Shown in pieces: positions 12,521 through 26,145 of a stretch of DNA of 64,000 nucleotides. How positions within the stretch are numbered: the first letter of the stretch is position 1; each line of letters opens with the position of its first letter. A model generated the notes under the pieces. That model was given only the letters and a program-made list of their open reading frames with translations, searched no databases and had not been told where the DNA came from. A program made the translations under genes and the position numbers. The stretch is from Octopus vulgaris (taxonomy: Eukaryota), in the NCBI GenBank assembly GCA_951406725.2, contig OX597815.1, positions 208,878,001-208,942,000 of the forward strand. The letters are read 5' to 3'.

Positions 12521-13585
12521 AGTGTTTGATGTTTTTTTTTTTTGCTTTTTGCTTTTTATCCTTCTGAATTGATAAGCTCTGCATCAGCCCACGTAACAAC
12601 AGATTGTTTTAAACGTTGAAACATGTAAAGGAATAGAATATGAAAATCACATTGAAACTTGACCAGAGAAGATTTACAAATACCGCTAATAGTGTAACTG
12701 TCAAGAATTTTGCAATTTTCATCTCTGATAATAGAAAACTATTTACAAAACTCAGGTAGAAACTTTAGTGTCTATTGTAAGTAGATCAATTGGGTTTAAA
12801 GACTGTCTTTAGTTACTTCAGGTCTGCACTGAAGTTTATTTTCTGTTAGTTTTTTTAAAAAAAGAAAATTTTCCCTCTATTTGACTGTCTAATCCACCAA
12901 TGACCATCCAATCAGATAAAAGAAATTTATCAGAAATGTTGTTGATAATTGACAGTCGTTCCTATGTCTTTATATCATAGAATCTCCAAACCTGCCATAA
13001 AGAACCATCTTATTCGTTTCGTCTTTTGTTTAGTCTCCAACATACTTAGTCTCAAGCAATTGAAGCTTAATTGAAACCTTTCCAATATTTCTTTAATTTT
13101 ATTCAACTGCTTACTATACTTGTTAGCAGGTAGATTCTAATACATTCCAAACAATTACTTGAGATGTAGCCTTTGTTATTTGGTTTTATCTTGTCTGTTG
13201 TCTGTTTTCGACTATATCTAATTATCGTGTTAGCAATTTTAAGAACATATTTCCCCTTTATTCTATAGTTTACATATTCAGCAATGACCTGGATTTATTC
13301 CTTTTCACAACAACCCACTTGAAACTGACTTTGGCTCTGTGAATCGGATTTCATTCTAAAGTGATCTAAATCCAATCAAAATTTTGCGTTGATTTATGTT
13401 CCAAGCAGATTAATAATGGCAATGTAATTTTAGTAAATTCTTAAATATTTTCAAAATCATTTGTAACAGAAATAATATATTTTAACAGAAATCTGGTAAC
13501 AAAAGTGTTAAATGTTCAAGAAATACAGCTCCATTCCATTCAGGGCCTTTAGATTTTATTTTCATTCTTGCATCAATTTTAATTA

Positions 13586-14001
13586 AATTCTTTATTGCCC
13601 ACAAGGGACTAAACATAGATGGTACAAGCAATGACAGACAAAGGGACTAAGTTGATTACATCGACCTCCAGTGCATAACTGGTACTTATTTAATCAGCCC
13701 TGAACGGATGAAAGGTAAAGTCGACCTCGGCAGAATTTGAACTCAGAACATAGCAGCAGACAAAATACCTATTTCTTTATTACCCACAAGGGGCTAAAGA
13801 TAGAGGGGACAAACAAGGACAGACATAGGTATTAAGTTGATTACATCGACCCCAGTGCGTAACTGGTACTTAATTTATCGACCCCGAAAGGATGAAAAGT
13901 AAAGTCGACCTCGGCGGAATTTGAACTCAGAACATAGCGGCAGACGAAATACCACTAAGCATTTCGCCTGGCATGCTAACAATTCTGCCAGCTCGCCGCC
14001 T
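13586..14001 (-). mobile_element. SINE family B head-to-tail dimer
   Basis: One headed unit plus one head-less unit joined at gacaaaatacctatttctttat, the same junction as in the 37 kb array. Confidence 0.85.
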
Positions 14002-14204
14002 TGCATCAATAATAATGTTTGTCAGTTTGATTGATAAAATAGAAGACATCTCATACAGATTGTTTTGATTTCAAGTAATTTTCTTCTAGACAGATTACTA
14101 TTATAGCTTATATTTTGTTTTAGTTTTGTTGAAACATTAGACACCTCTCACTTGCACATGTTGCCTTCCTATTTCAGCATAAGGAAAGGAGAGAATGCAC
14201 AGCT

Positions 14205-14435
14205 ATACTCTCTTTTACTCTTTTACTTGTTTCAATCATTTGACTGCAGCCATGCTGGAGCACCGCCTTTAGTCGAAGAAATCAACCCCGGTACTTATTC
14301 TTTGTAAACCAAGTACTTATTCTATCGGTCTCCTTTGCCGAACTGCTAAGTTACGGGGACGTAAACACACCAGCATTGGTTGTCAAGCAATGTTGGTGGG
14401 GACAAACACAGACACACAAACACATACATATACAT
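14205..14435 (-). mobile_element. SINE family A, 3' half
   Basis: Tail to internal microsatellite only. Confidence 0.85.
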
Positions 14436-17400
14436 GCCTCCTCTCTCCCTCTCATCATTCTTTTCGTTAATAAGCATATTTCCTTCTGCTATATGTTACT
14501 CTTAATATTATGTAGACTCAGATGATTTTTTCCCCCTACTATACACAAGTGACTGTTTCAAAATTTGTGCTTATTCAATGCATCTTTGAAAGGGTTAAAT
14601 TTTAACTAACAATTTAAGGAGAGAAGGAAAAAAAAAAAATTGCACTTCTGAATGGATTGAGCGAACTTGTAATGACCTAAACATCACAAGAAAATTCCAA
14701 TCTACCATCTAAACGATTCCCTTTATTCCAAATTCTTTTCATTAAATATCTTTTTTCTAGCATTAAACTCACTTAATATTTCAGTGTAGGGGTGGAAAGC
14801 CCACCAAATCTTTTAAAATACAGCATCAGATAAGGTCTTCTTCCTTTGTGTAAGGCACAAGCTTCTTTAATCAGAAAGAATAATGGAAAAGAAAATTCTT
14901 TTTAAATATAAAATTGAAGTTTAACCTGTTGAGGAAGGTATTTTGAAATAGTCAGATGTGGATAGTAGGAAAAGTGAATTCAGTGCTGTACAGTATAATT
15001 AAATGATTCGTTCAACAGGTTAAGAGAAACGTTTATCTAGAACAATATTATGATTAAGAGAAAGGTAAGAGCTTCCACGGTGAATAATATAAATAATTGT
15101 TCCTGATTTAGGTACAAAGCAAACAAATTTGAAGGAATAAGGGTTAATTGATAGTGAGCATTCCTGTACTTGACTAGTAATTTTTGTTATTGACCCCAGA
15201 ATGATGACTACAATAGAATTTGAACTCAAACTGCTAAGAGCTGAAATAATTACCCCAAGGATTTTTTTTTTTTTTTAATGTTCTAATGAAGTTACCAGCT
15301 CATTGTTCTAAAATATTGTTTGTAATTTATGTACAATGCCAGTAGTTCGTGAGGTGGGATTCTTTTAAATCGATCCTGGGTACTTGACTGGTAGTGTATT
15401 GTATCAAATCTGAGGAATGAAAGGCTAAGTTGACCTCGGAAGGATTTGAATTTCGAATGTTTAACTCTGGAACAAATACGCAAATACATCAATCTGTACC
15501 ATGAGATCAAAAGAACCCATTGTGTATGCTATAGACGTTTTCTGCAATCTGATTGGAGTACAAGATAGCAACGATCTACAGATTAGCTACTCAAAGCAAA
15601 CTGAAGAGAAGTGCATTATGCTTATACCAAAAATATTTGGGATTTACTTTGATAATAGTTTGCTGGTGAACAAAATCTAAGCATTATTATCAACAATGAC
15701 CTTCATCAGAGTAACCCCATTTCTAAAACTGTCAAAACCGATGAAGGTGTCTTAGCGTCAGTCAGTAAGAGAGATGTTATGTCTGATGCAGGCTTGCTAA
15801 CTGTTTAAGCTATAGTATGTCCACATAGTTTGTATTCCCAGTTCAAATTCCCATTTTGTCCAGCATATCAATCAACTGGATGCTCATCAGAGATGTGCTT
15901 CCAAATGAATATTCTCCATTAGTCACAATTTCTTGAGAATCTTGCTTCTCTGGGGATCAACACCAAAGCATCTGATTTAGTAGAATCTGCAAGAGTATCC
16001 ACAATCTTTGCAACAACAACTATAACTACTACATTTTTGAATTTAATATCTTTACTCTTTATGGGAATGTGTATAATATTTTAAAAAATATTACACAATC
16101 AAGACTATTGAAAAGGTTGCAAGATGTAGCCAAAATTTTAGGAAAATAAAAATAAGAAATAAGTGGAAATTTTACCGGTGAGTGTGTTAAATAATAAGGC
16201 ACTAAAAGAGACTGACTCTCCCCAGACACAACAGAATATGCTTCAACACATGAACGCATATAAAGAATCTTGCAAACCAAATCCAAAAACGAAATATAAA
16301 TTAAAAGATTTAGCAGCATTTGTTCATCTTCAGAATTGAGTCGACTCAACTTTTGGTAGGATTCATCTCAGTTGCGTTAACCCATCTCCAATTGTTTGGA
16401 CTTTCAGTGATAACACAAGTTTACATGTGATGACCAGTCACATGCATACATACATTGGGGTAGCATGATCCATAACAGCACATCTTGCTGTCGATTGTTG
16501 ACCAAATCACTGCCAATTATCAAAGCAAATGTAGCCTGGATTTGAAGCAAGTTTTAGAGACATGCTTTAGCGAAAGCTAAGGGTTGCCTCACTCTCAGTG
16601 CTTTTCCAGCACACCGGACTCCAAACTGGAATTTCTGATGTCCTGTGCTATTAGTAGATAGTTGTTGAACGAGACTAGGTTCAACCATGCTTTTGGCAGG
16701 TCTTGCTTTCAGTCCTGCTGGGTTTCTAGCAACCCTCACCAGGCAAACTTTTTTGAGTGCTGGTTTAGTCACCAATGACTCAACAATGCAACAAGTTGCA
16801 CCGGATTCCATTTTACCAATAGCACACATAAGAGAGCTCAACAAGTGACCTGGCACTACTCAGAATTGCCCATGCATAGTACTATCTCCCACTTGCGCAA
16901 GTTGCTTTGTTGGCAAGGCACTGCATCCTTCAAAAATGCCGTGCTTCATGGAATTTACCAACATTACTCCTGACTTCTCTATGCACCCTTAGTCTTTTAC
17001 TTTCGCTTTCTTGTTCTTCTTGTGATTTATCCTGAGTACTTTTAGCCAACATTGTCATCTTTGTTTACTTAACTTATTGTTGCTTTCTCTCACGTTTTTT
17101 GCAACAAGCTCATCATCATCATCATCATCATCATCATTATCATCATCACCATCATTCTAATGACATAAAAATTTGCTGATCCATTGCCTGTCCAGTGATG
17201 AACTGGTACTTATTTTATTGACCCCTGAAAGGATAAGTTCACCTCGGTGGAATTTAAACGTTGAAAACAGACAAAATTTTGCTAAGCATTTTGCCTGGCA
17301 TGTTAATGATTCTGCTAGCTCACTGCCTTTATAAGATATGAAATATTAAGAATGGGCAATATGGCAATGTAATTCCAGTTTATACTGTAATATTTCCTAA

Positions 17401-18455
17401 TTTTGAAAAGCTGATTGTGTTGCTTCAAATAAGGTATTAAAGTAATTGTTTATTTCAGGTTTATTTGGCAATGGTATTATTTTCTGTCTGTATAAAATAC
17501 TTTAGTTATCAGGTATTAGAATTTCATTTGAAATATGAAAACGGAATTAACATCTTTTTTTAATATAGAAAATCAAGAAAAATTTTAAAATTCTATAGTT
17601 GTCAAGTGACATTTTTTTTTTTTTTTTCATAAAACTCTAAATACGAAAATATTTCCTGATAACAGTTTCAAGTTCGAAAACATTATTTTAAAGAAGAAAC
17701 GTCTGGAATGATATGAAATCAGCCTAAATTTAATTATCTGTTCATATAAATATACAGAATCACTAAAAATGTCATTCAGTATTTGGAATGTTGTTGTCAT
17801 TACTGAATTTTCTTTTTTTAGTCATAACTTTTATAGCTTTTGGAATAAACACATTGCTACAACAAAAAAAAAAAAATAAAAGAATGGGGATTATAGTATT
17901 GCTTGTTCACTCAAACAAGATAAAAATTCAAGGTACCTGAGTAGAATATTTTTGATAGAATAAAATGGTGGCGCGAAAAAAGAAAAAAAGACCTACAAAA
18001 ACTAATAACAATTTGTATTGTTACATACAATGTTTCACCTAAACTACTCTATTTTAAAAAAATAATAATAATACATGGACTTTTAAAGCAAGATTTGAAG
18101 AAAGCCAATAGCCTCTACAACACAATGCAAAAAGAATAAAAAAAAGATGATGAATATATTCAAACTTCCAGTTTATCTGTATTGCTTCTACTAAGCAACA
18201 TCCACTAGAAGTTTATTCTCCTTGGCTGTATGAGTTCTTACTTGTATTGTCAGGTAGTATCTATGCCTATCAGCCAATCATGAAAACTATATAGTTATAA
18301 CTAGAAATCTTCTGAGACTCCAAGGATGGAATTTCGACTGCTTAAAACATCTTGGGAACATTTCATCATCATCATCATCATCATCGTCGTCGTCATCTCC
18401 ACTTTTCCATGCCTGCATGGATTGAATGGAGTTTATTTCAGGCAGATTTTCTCCT

Positions 18456-18690
18456 GTAGGTGGTGAGCTGGCAAAAATGTTAGCACGCTGGGCGAAATGC
18501 TTAGCAGTATTTCGTCTGCTGTTACGTTCTGAGTTCAAATTCTGCGGAGGTCGACTTTGCCTTTCATCCTTTCAGGGTCGATAAATTAAGTACCAGTTAT
18601 GTACTGGGGTCGATGTAATTGGCTTAATCCCTTTGTCTGCCCTTGTTTGTCCCCTCTGTGTTTAGCTCCTTGTGGGCAATAAAGAAATAA
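18456..18690 (+). mobile_element. SINE family B
   Basis: ggtggtgagctggca...gttctgagttcaaat...ctttgcctttcatcctttcagggtcgataaattaagtacc...gggcaataaagaaata. Confidence 0.85.
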
Positions 18691-18875
18691 AATTTCCTCT
18701 TGTTGGATGCCCTTACTATCAACAACCCCTCACCTATTTACAAGTAAGTTTCATTATTTCCTAAGAGTCAAATTTGACCATGGTGTTATTTGAACTCAAA
18801 ACGCAAGGACATACAAAATATGTATGTACTTTATGTGTGTGCTCAAGAGGTAGCTCAAAATTATACCTCAGTCTC

Positions 18876-19086
18876 TTAACCCTTTTAGCATTTAAATTGG
18901 CCATACCCAGCCTAAAATATTCTACCTGTTTTACATGCAAACTGACTAGATCCAGCCTCTTACACCTATCCTACAATGTCATTGTTAATCTAAACAGGCA
19001 CATCACTGGAATGCTTGTTTAATTGAAAACAATGTGAATCAATAAGGATCACACTCGACAAAGGGATCCGAATACTAAAGGGGTAA
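18876..19086. mobile_element. piggyBac-type MITE family D
   Basis: ttaacccttttagcatt...aatactaaaggggtaa. Confidence 0.7.
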
Positions 19087-19384
19087 GGAAAGAATGCTTT
19101 GCTGCAATATAACCCCTGATATAGAATGACTGCAGGTGGTGGAACATCTTAGATCAGAGTTCTGCTAAATTAGAACTGACCTGGGGTTAAATAACAACTG
19201 TATTGTGTCTGCTTGTGGGTGTCTGTAGGTGGGGTGAGGTAGGACAACCAGCTGTAGAAACCATGGCAAAGCTAACACTGAAGCTCAGCGTGGCCCTTTC
19301 AATTGCCATATATTGTCAAACCATTCAACCCATGCCAGAATGGGAAAGTGTTAGATGATGGTGACGATGATGAGGATGAGGAGA

Positions 19385-19650
19385 TGTATATATGTACATG
19401 TAATGCATATCTGTGTGTGTGTGCGTGCATATATATGCATGTGTGTGTTTGTTTTATATATATGTATATATATATATGTATGTATATATATATATGTATG
19501 TATATATATATGTATATATGTATGTATATATATATATATGTATATATGTATGTATATATATATATGTATATATGTATGTATATATGTATGTATATATATG
19601 TATGCATATATATATGTATGCATATATATATATGTATGCATATATATATG

Positions 19651-19681
<31 letters not shown>

Positions 19682-19854
19682 GTATATATATATGTATGTA
19701 TATATATATGTATATATATATGCATGTATATATATATGTATATATATATGCATGTATATATATATGTATATATATATGCATGTATATATATATATATATA
19801 TATATATGCATGTATATATATATGTATATATATATATGCATGTATATATATATG

Positions 19855-19903
<49 letters not shown>

Positions 19904-20020
19904 GTATATATATATATATAAATGTATAACAGGGACAGGTGTGTGCATGTGTTTATATATATACACACACACACATATACATATGTACATGCACACATAA
20001 ACACACACACGCACACACAC
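19385..20020. repeat. Long (TA)n/(TATG)n/(CA)n microsatellite
   Basis: Directly visible; source of spurious YI/CM ORFs. Confidence 0.95.
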
Positions 20021-20408
20021 CTGTCCCTGTTGGTGTCCCCTCTGTATTTTGTTATTATCTTCTGAACTGATTTGTGTCTGATGTGTGGAGACAGTCCTCA
20101 AAGCTATAATTAATGGCTACTATAATGAATACTTGATGATTTAAAGTTCAAAATGTCTCGCTCTTAACACCTGCCAGGGTCTGACAATCTCTAATGATAC
20201 ATTATGGGGAAATTTCTTGCATTTATTGTAACCAAATTGTATGGAGGTGGGTGGCGGCAGAAAAAAGAGAAAAAAAAAAGCTGAGGTTTTTTTTTTTTGT
20301 TCCCCCTCCCTGGTGAGGAACCATTTCTCAGTCTTAAACAGATTCTAACACTTACAAATTGAAAATCCTCCATACAATTCTGTTTTACTTTTACACAAAT
20401 CATTCACA

Positions 20409-20817
20409 TAGGCGCAGGAGTGGCTGTGTGGTAAGTAGCTTGCTAACCAACCACATGGTTCCGGGTTCAGTCCCACTGCATGGCACCTTGGGCAAGTGAC
20501 TTCTGCTATAGCCCCGGGCCGACCAATGCCTTGTGAGTGGATTTGGTAGAAGGAAACTGAAAGAAGCCTGTCGTATATATGTATATATATATATATAAGC
20601 GTGTGTGTATATGTTTGTGTGTCTGTGTTTGTCCCCCTAGCATTGCTTGACAACCGATGCTGGTGTGTTTACGTCTCCGTCACTTAGCGGTTCGGCAAAA
20701 TAGACCGATAGAATAAGTACTGGGCTTACAAAGAATAAGTCCCGGGGTTGATTTGCTCGACTAAAAGGTGGTGCTCCAGCATGGCCGCAGTCAAATGACT
20801 GGAACAAGTAAAAGAGT
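20409..20817 (+). mobile_element. SINE family A
   Basis: Full-length copy. Confidence 0.9.
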
Positions 20818-20820
20818 AAT

Positions 20821-20930
20821 ATCATCATCATCGTCATCATCATCATTTAGCGTCCGCTTTCCATGCTAGCATGGGTTGGACGGTTCTACTGGGGTCTGTG
20901 AAGCCAGAAGGCTGCACCAGGCCCACTCTG
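20821..20930 (-). mobile_element. SINE family C 3' fragment
   Basis: (CAT)n tttagcgtccgctttccatgctagcatgggttggacgg. Confidence 0.8.
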
Positions 20931-21069
20931 CATACATATTTCATTGCGTCAGTACAAAAGTCATTTGTCAGTTCACTGACACAAACATAAGAATGCATGT
21001 GTGCATGCATGCGCACTCAAACGCAGATTTACAGTCATTTCTCTGTTTCGGTTCAATCCATTCCTCTCT

Positions 21070-21278
21070 CTCTCTTTTACTTGTTTCAGTCATTTGACTG
21101 CGGCCATGCTGGAGCACCGCCTTTAGTCGAGCAAATCGACCCCGGGACTTATTCTTTGTAAGCCCAGTACTTATTCTATCGGTCTCTTTTGCCGAACCGC
21201 TCAGTGACGGGTACGTAAACACACCAGCATCGGTTGTCAAGCAATGCTAGGGGGACAAACACAGACACACAAACACAT

Positions 21279-21321
<43 letters not shown>

Positions 21322-21485
21322 CGACAGGCTTCTTTCAGTTTCCGTCTACCAAATCCACTCACAAGGCATTGGTCGGCCCGGGGCTATAGCAGAAGATACT
21401 TGCCCAAGGTGCCACGCAGTGTGACTGAACCCGGAACCATGTGGTTGGTTAGCAAGCTACTTACCACACAGCCACTCCTGCGCCA
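21070..21485 (-). mobile_element. SINE family A
   Basis: Full-length reverse-complement copy. Confidence 0.9.
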
Positions 21486-21994
21486 ATGTCTATCTCTCAG
21501 TATTTTTCCTTATATTTTTATAAACACTGTATCTCATCCTCTCTCTCTCTTCCATGATATTCCTCTCATATTTCTATATCATCATTATTACTGCCACCAC
21601 CACCACCACCACCAGTACCTCTATTATATTTCCATATTCTGTCACCATTCCTCATTGCATCTGTTAAAAGTTAAACACTCATCATACTACATCCGCCCAG
21701 CCAATGACCCCATCCCCCGCCACTACCAGACTAGCAACAGGTCCTTTAGAAATCTAGAGAGGATCACTTTCTCTCTCTCACCTTGTGATCTCATAGGTTA
21801 GCATGAGAAAATCAATGGGGAGGAGCTAGTGTATGAAAAATGAACAAGCTTATACTTACCTTGAAAGATAACCCTCTAAGCCTCTTCTGCCTGAAGCTGC
21901 TTAAACCAGCCTCTGTTTCTTTGAAAAAAAATTATTTTAGAATCTAAATTCAGATGATGAGTCTTAAAAGATAATATTTGATTTCAGTAGGTAA

Positions 21995-22281
21995 GAACCA
22001 TTTGTGGCCGTTGCCAGCACCGCTTGACTGGCCTCCATGCCCATGGCACGTAAAAAGCACCATCCGTCCGTGGCCGTTTGCCAGCCTCGTCTGGCACCTG
22101 TGCCGGTGGCACGTAAAAAGCACCCACTACACTCATGGAGAGGTTGGCGTTAGGAAGGGCATCCAGCTGTAGAAACACTGCCAGATCAGACTGGGCCTGG
22201 TGCAGCCTTCTGGCTTCCCAGACTCCAGTTGAACCGTCCAACCCATGCTAGCATGGAAAACGCACGTTAAATGATGATGAT
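21995..22281 (+). mobile_element. SINE family C
   Basis: Subrepeats, RTE-like body, (GAT)n tail. Confidence 0.85.
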
Positions 22282-22566
22282 TACTTGAGTGAAAAAGTTG
22301 GTGTGTTGGCTGAACAGTTGGGACGCTGGACAAAAATCTAAACAGCATTTTGTATGTCCTTATGTTTTGAGTTCAAATTTGCCTTTTGTCCTTTTTGAGA
22401 TCGAAGTATGAAGTACCAGTTAAGCATTGGGGTTGATGTTATTGATTGCAACCTTCCCCGAAAATTCCTGGCCTTGTGCATATAGAAGAAATGATTATTA
22501 CTAAATTGGTTACTAAACTGAAAAGGAAAGCAGTGAACTGGTAGAATTGTGAGTTGGATAAAATGC

Positions 22567-22783
22567 TTTACTCTTTTACTTGTTTCAGTCATTTGGCTGT
22601 GGCCATGCTGGAGCACCACCTTTAGTCAAGCAAATTGACCCCAGGACTTATTCTTTGTAAGCCTAGTACTTGTTCGATTGGTCTCTTTTGCTGAACCGCT
22701 AAGTTACGGAGACGTAAACACACCAGCGTCGGTTGTCAAGCAATGTTGGTGGGGGGCAAACACAAACACACACACACACAGAC

Positions 22784-22814
<31 letters not shown>

Positions 22815-22981
22815 CACGACGGGCTTCTTTCAGTTTCTATCTACCAAATCCACTCACAAGGCTTTGGTTGGCCTGAGGCTATAGTAGAAGACACTTGCCG
22901 AAGATGCCATGCAGTGGGACTGAACCTGGAACCATGTAGTTGGTAAGCAAGCTACTTACCACACAGCCACTCCTGCACCTA
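22567..22981 (-). mobile_element. SINE family A
   Basis: Full-length reverse-complement copy. Confidence 0.88.
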
Positions 22982-24289
22982 CAGAAGAAACAAACAACCT
23001 TAATCAATTTTCAAACCTTATTAGGTTCTCATCAAAGGCATCTTCTTAGTGATTGTTAGTGAAATTTCTTCAGGTTCTTTATGACCTGTGTTCAAATCCT
23101 GTCCAAGTTGGCTTTGCCTTTCATCCTTCCAGGGTCTGTAAAATAAGTACCATTTCAACACTGGAGTCAGTGTAATGAAAACAACCCTTCCTTTAAAATA
23201 ATTTCTTTTTTGCCAAATTTTTAAACAATTATTCCTAACTTGGAAATGGTCATGAGCTGGCAAAATTGAGAATGTCTCAGAGAAAATGCTTAGTATAATT
23301 TCTTCTGGTTCTTTACATTCTGAGTTCAAATACCATCACAGTCAACTTTGCCTTTCAGGTTTTGGATTTGATAAAAGTACCAGTCACATACTGCAGTCAA
23401 TGTGGTCAATTCACTCCTACAATTGCTTGCCATGTTCTAAAATTAGGATGTATTGATACTGTATTGAAAGTTAGTTAATTCACCAAATCTCTAATAATTC
23501 TTAATTACTTTGAAAATTAAAACACACGAGGCAGAATGTATTCTTGTTAGAAATACCATTTCAAGAGGATTTAACCAGTGATGGAAACTATTATCTTTCT
23601 TTATTCTTAATATGTTCTTTCATTTTGTCATATTCACATAACAAAATATAAAAATTTTGTCAACCAACCATTTACTCCATCTCTCTCTCTCTCTCTGACT
23701 CTGACTCTCTCTCTCTCTCTCTCATATTTTTCACTGAACAATGGATGGCAGTGTGTTTATCTTAATGGAAAACTGTTACTATCGTCTCAATTGAGAAGAA
23801 AGAACATTGTTCTTAATATTTCTATTCTTGTGGTCACATGTCTTATTATTGTGCATTAATGTAGTTTGTTTGTGTGTGTGTTTGTGTTTTAATGTTTTCA
23901 TCAGATGAAAAGTTGGCACGGCGTTAAATAATTATTCTTAAACGCTTCCCACTGTTCATTCCATTTCACTTTACTGTTTTAACAACTGTGACAAATGGAA
24001 AGCATAACTTTTTCTGAGGAATTCATTGTGAAACTTTCATGAAACTAACAAAGTATACATAGTCGTCACCATCACAAAAGAGTAAAAAGAAAAACGAAAA
24101 AGAAATCCAGAAATTATGATGATCCAAATTTTTTGCTTTTTATTTTTTTGTTTTTATTTTCTCTCAGCTTTCCATTAGATTTTCTTTCCTTCTTTTCTTT
24201 GTTCCGCCAAATTCTGTGTAGAAATTTGAATTGATAAGTTGTTGTGCGTGTTCACAGATAATGACATCTACTTCCTTTAATCTCTATAG

Positions 24290-24468
24290 GTTATGGATGA
24301 AGCTGATCGTCTCCTGGAAGATAACTTTGGTGAGCAACTGGAAACCATCTTCAATGTGCTACCAGAAAAACGGCAGACACTATTGTTCAGTGCTACATTC
24401 ACCGAGTCATTATCTGGAGTTATTGAACTATCCAAGAAAAAACCATTTGTCTGGCATTCAGAATCAAG
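24290..24468 (+). CDS. DDX49: Internal coding exon of a DEAD-box RNA helicase, most similar to DDX49/Dbp8
   Basis: Polypyrimidine tract and AG acceptor (cttcctttaatctctatag|G) and GT donor (AG|gtaaga); 179 nt translating to VMDEADRLLEDNFGEQLETIFNVLPEKRQTLLFSATFTESLSGVIELSKKKPFVWHSES, with motif II DEAD and motif III SAT. VMDEADRLL..RQTLLFSAT..PF.W matches DDX49 as recalled. No other exon of the gene was found in the window. Confidence 0.88.
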
Positions 24469-25439
24469 GTAAGAAGACAAAGATCAAATGTTTTCGGATA
24501 TAATTTTTGTTTTATTTTAGTAATGTTTATTTACAGGCCTATTATCACAAAATTTCTAATGTTCTGTTAATAACACCAATAGTCAATCATATTTTTACTC
24601 TGTTACTATCTCTCATATTTGAAAATTTGGGTCGTTGTAGCAGTATTCTTTATCAAAGACTTCCAGCTTTGCTTACCTTCCATAACAAACAATGAAAATA
24701 GTCTTTGTAGTCTTGGTAACTCTTCACACGCACATATATATATATATATATATGTTCGTATATGTAAGTATTCGTATGTTGTATTTATATATATATGTAT
24801 TTATGTTTCTCTCTGTGTATATTCCACTGATGAGGCAAAGCATTTCTAAATGCAAAGTCAGAAATCCGGGATCTGGAATTATCCAGCAATTTTTTTTACT
24901 AGTTTTAATTTGTCTTTTTGTCTTCTCTCCTTGTGTTATATGAACACTTAAGGTGGTTTTAGAGTCAGATCCTGGCTGCTATTTTCAGCATGGTGGTATC
25001 TGGTAGATACTCTTAGTTATAATTTTAATAATAATTATTACCTTTGAAGGTTTTTATTTCCATGCTGGCCACTTGATAAGATCGTTATTTAATTTAAATT
25101 AACGATCTTATCCTTATATATATAAATGAAGCTATATCCTTTAATTTGCTGCTTTCTTTACACAAATTGAGAAGATACATTGCAGAACAGTTATTTTAAC
25201 CAGTGATATATTTATCATCTGAAGAGACACATCTACACTGTTGAATGCTCCTGAACCAGTTGTTAAGTATCCCACCCATGAGGGATCGATGCTAGATGTG
25301 TTGAAACAATTGTAGTGATTAATGAAAATTCTCATGTTTTCCATCAACCAAATAAATAACGGATGCTGTGAAAGCGATCATGCTTTACCAGAAAGCTACC
25401 GGATGCAAGCCATTCGTTTTATTATCTAATATCATATAT

Positions 25440-25609
25440 ATACCGGAGTAAACACATAAATGTGAAACCATGTGGAAAAAAGAGTACTCAAATACCAGTG
25501 GTAAAGTAATATCCTTTATTTAAAGCAGCAGAAAATTCAACAAAATCTGTTACATCGGCAACGGGAAACTCGGAGTGACAGGTTTTGTTGAATTTTCTGC
25601 TGCTTTTAA

Positions 25610-25615
<6 letters not shown>
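25440..25615. mobile_element. Inverted-repeat fragment, possibly Penelope-like, next to (TA)n
   Basis: ~38-bp arms tttatttaaagcagcagaaaattcaacaaaatctgttac / gtgacaggttttgttgaattttctgctgcttttaaataaa around a short GAAACTC-containing spacer. Confidence 0.45.
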
Positions 25616-25650
<35 letters not shown>

Positions 25651-26145
25651 ATGGGCTGTTTACAGAATGTACTGGGTGCTTTTTACATGGCACCAGCCAG
25701 CACCAGTGTTATTACTTGACACTAGTATGAGTGCTTCATATGTGCCATTGGCTTGGATGCCCTCTATGCGACACTGGCTTGGGTGCTTTCATGTGCCACC
25801 GGGAAGGTGGTTGCTTTTTATGTGATACCTTTTTGGAAATCTTACCTGCATTGTGCTTTATCTTTGCCCTTAGTTACGTATTGTTTGGTGCCTCATATTG
25901 GCCTGAGGCACTCTTCTATTCGCTACTGTGTCATTTGCTCTATTTTCTGACCCCTCAATTCTTTGCATTTGTAAAATGATGGTTCTGTGAGTGCTTTCTT
26001 GCTGGTTGAACTCTAGAATATGTAAGAATATGTTTTGGCTTTTCTCCTTCAAGTGATTTTTTCATATCTCTTATATCCTGGGTGGATAAAATAAATTTCT
26101 TCCACTTCCAATGCTGCATTAGTGAAACCTCAAATACTCAGCTTG

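Noticed and set aside
12785-12815. GFKDCL resembling DDX49 GLKDC
   Set aside because: Immediate stop codon and no flanking similarity
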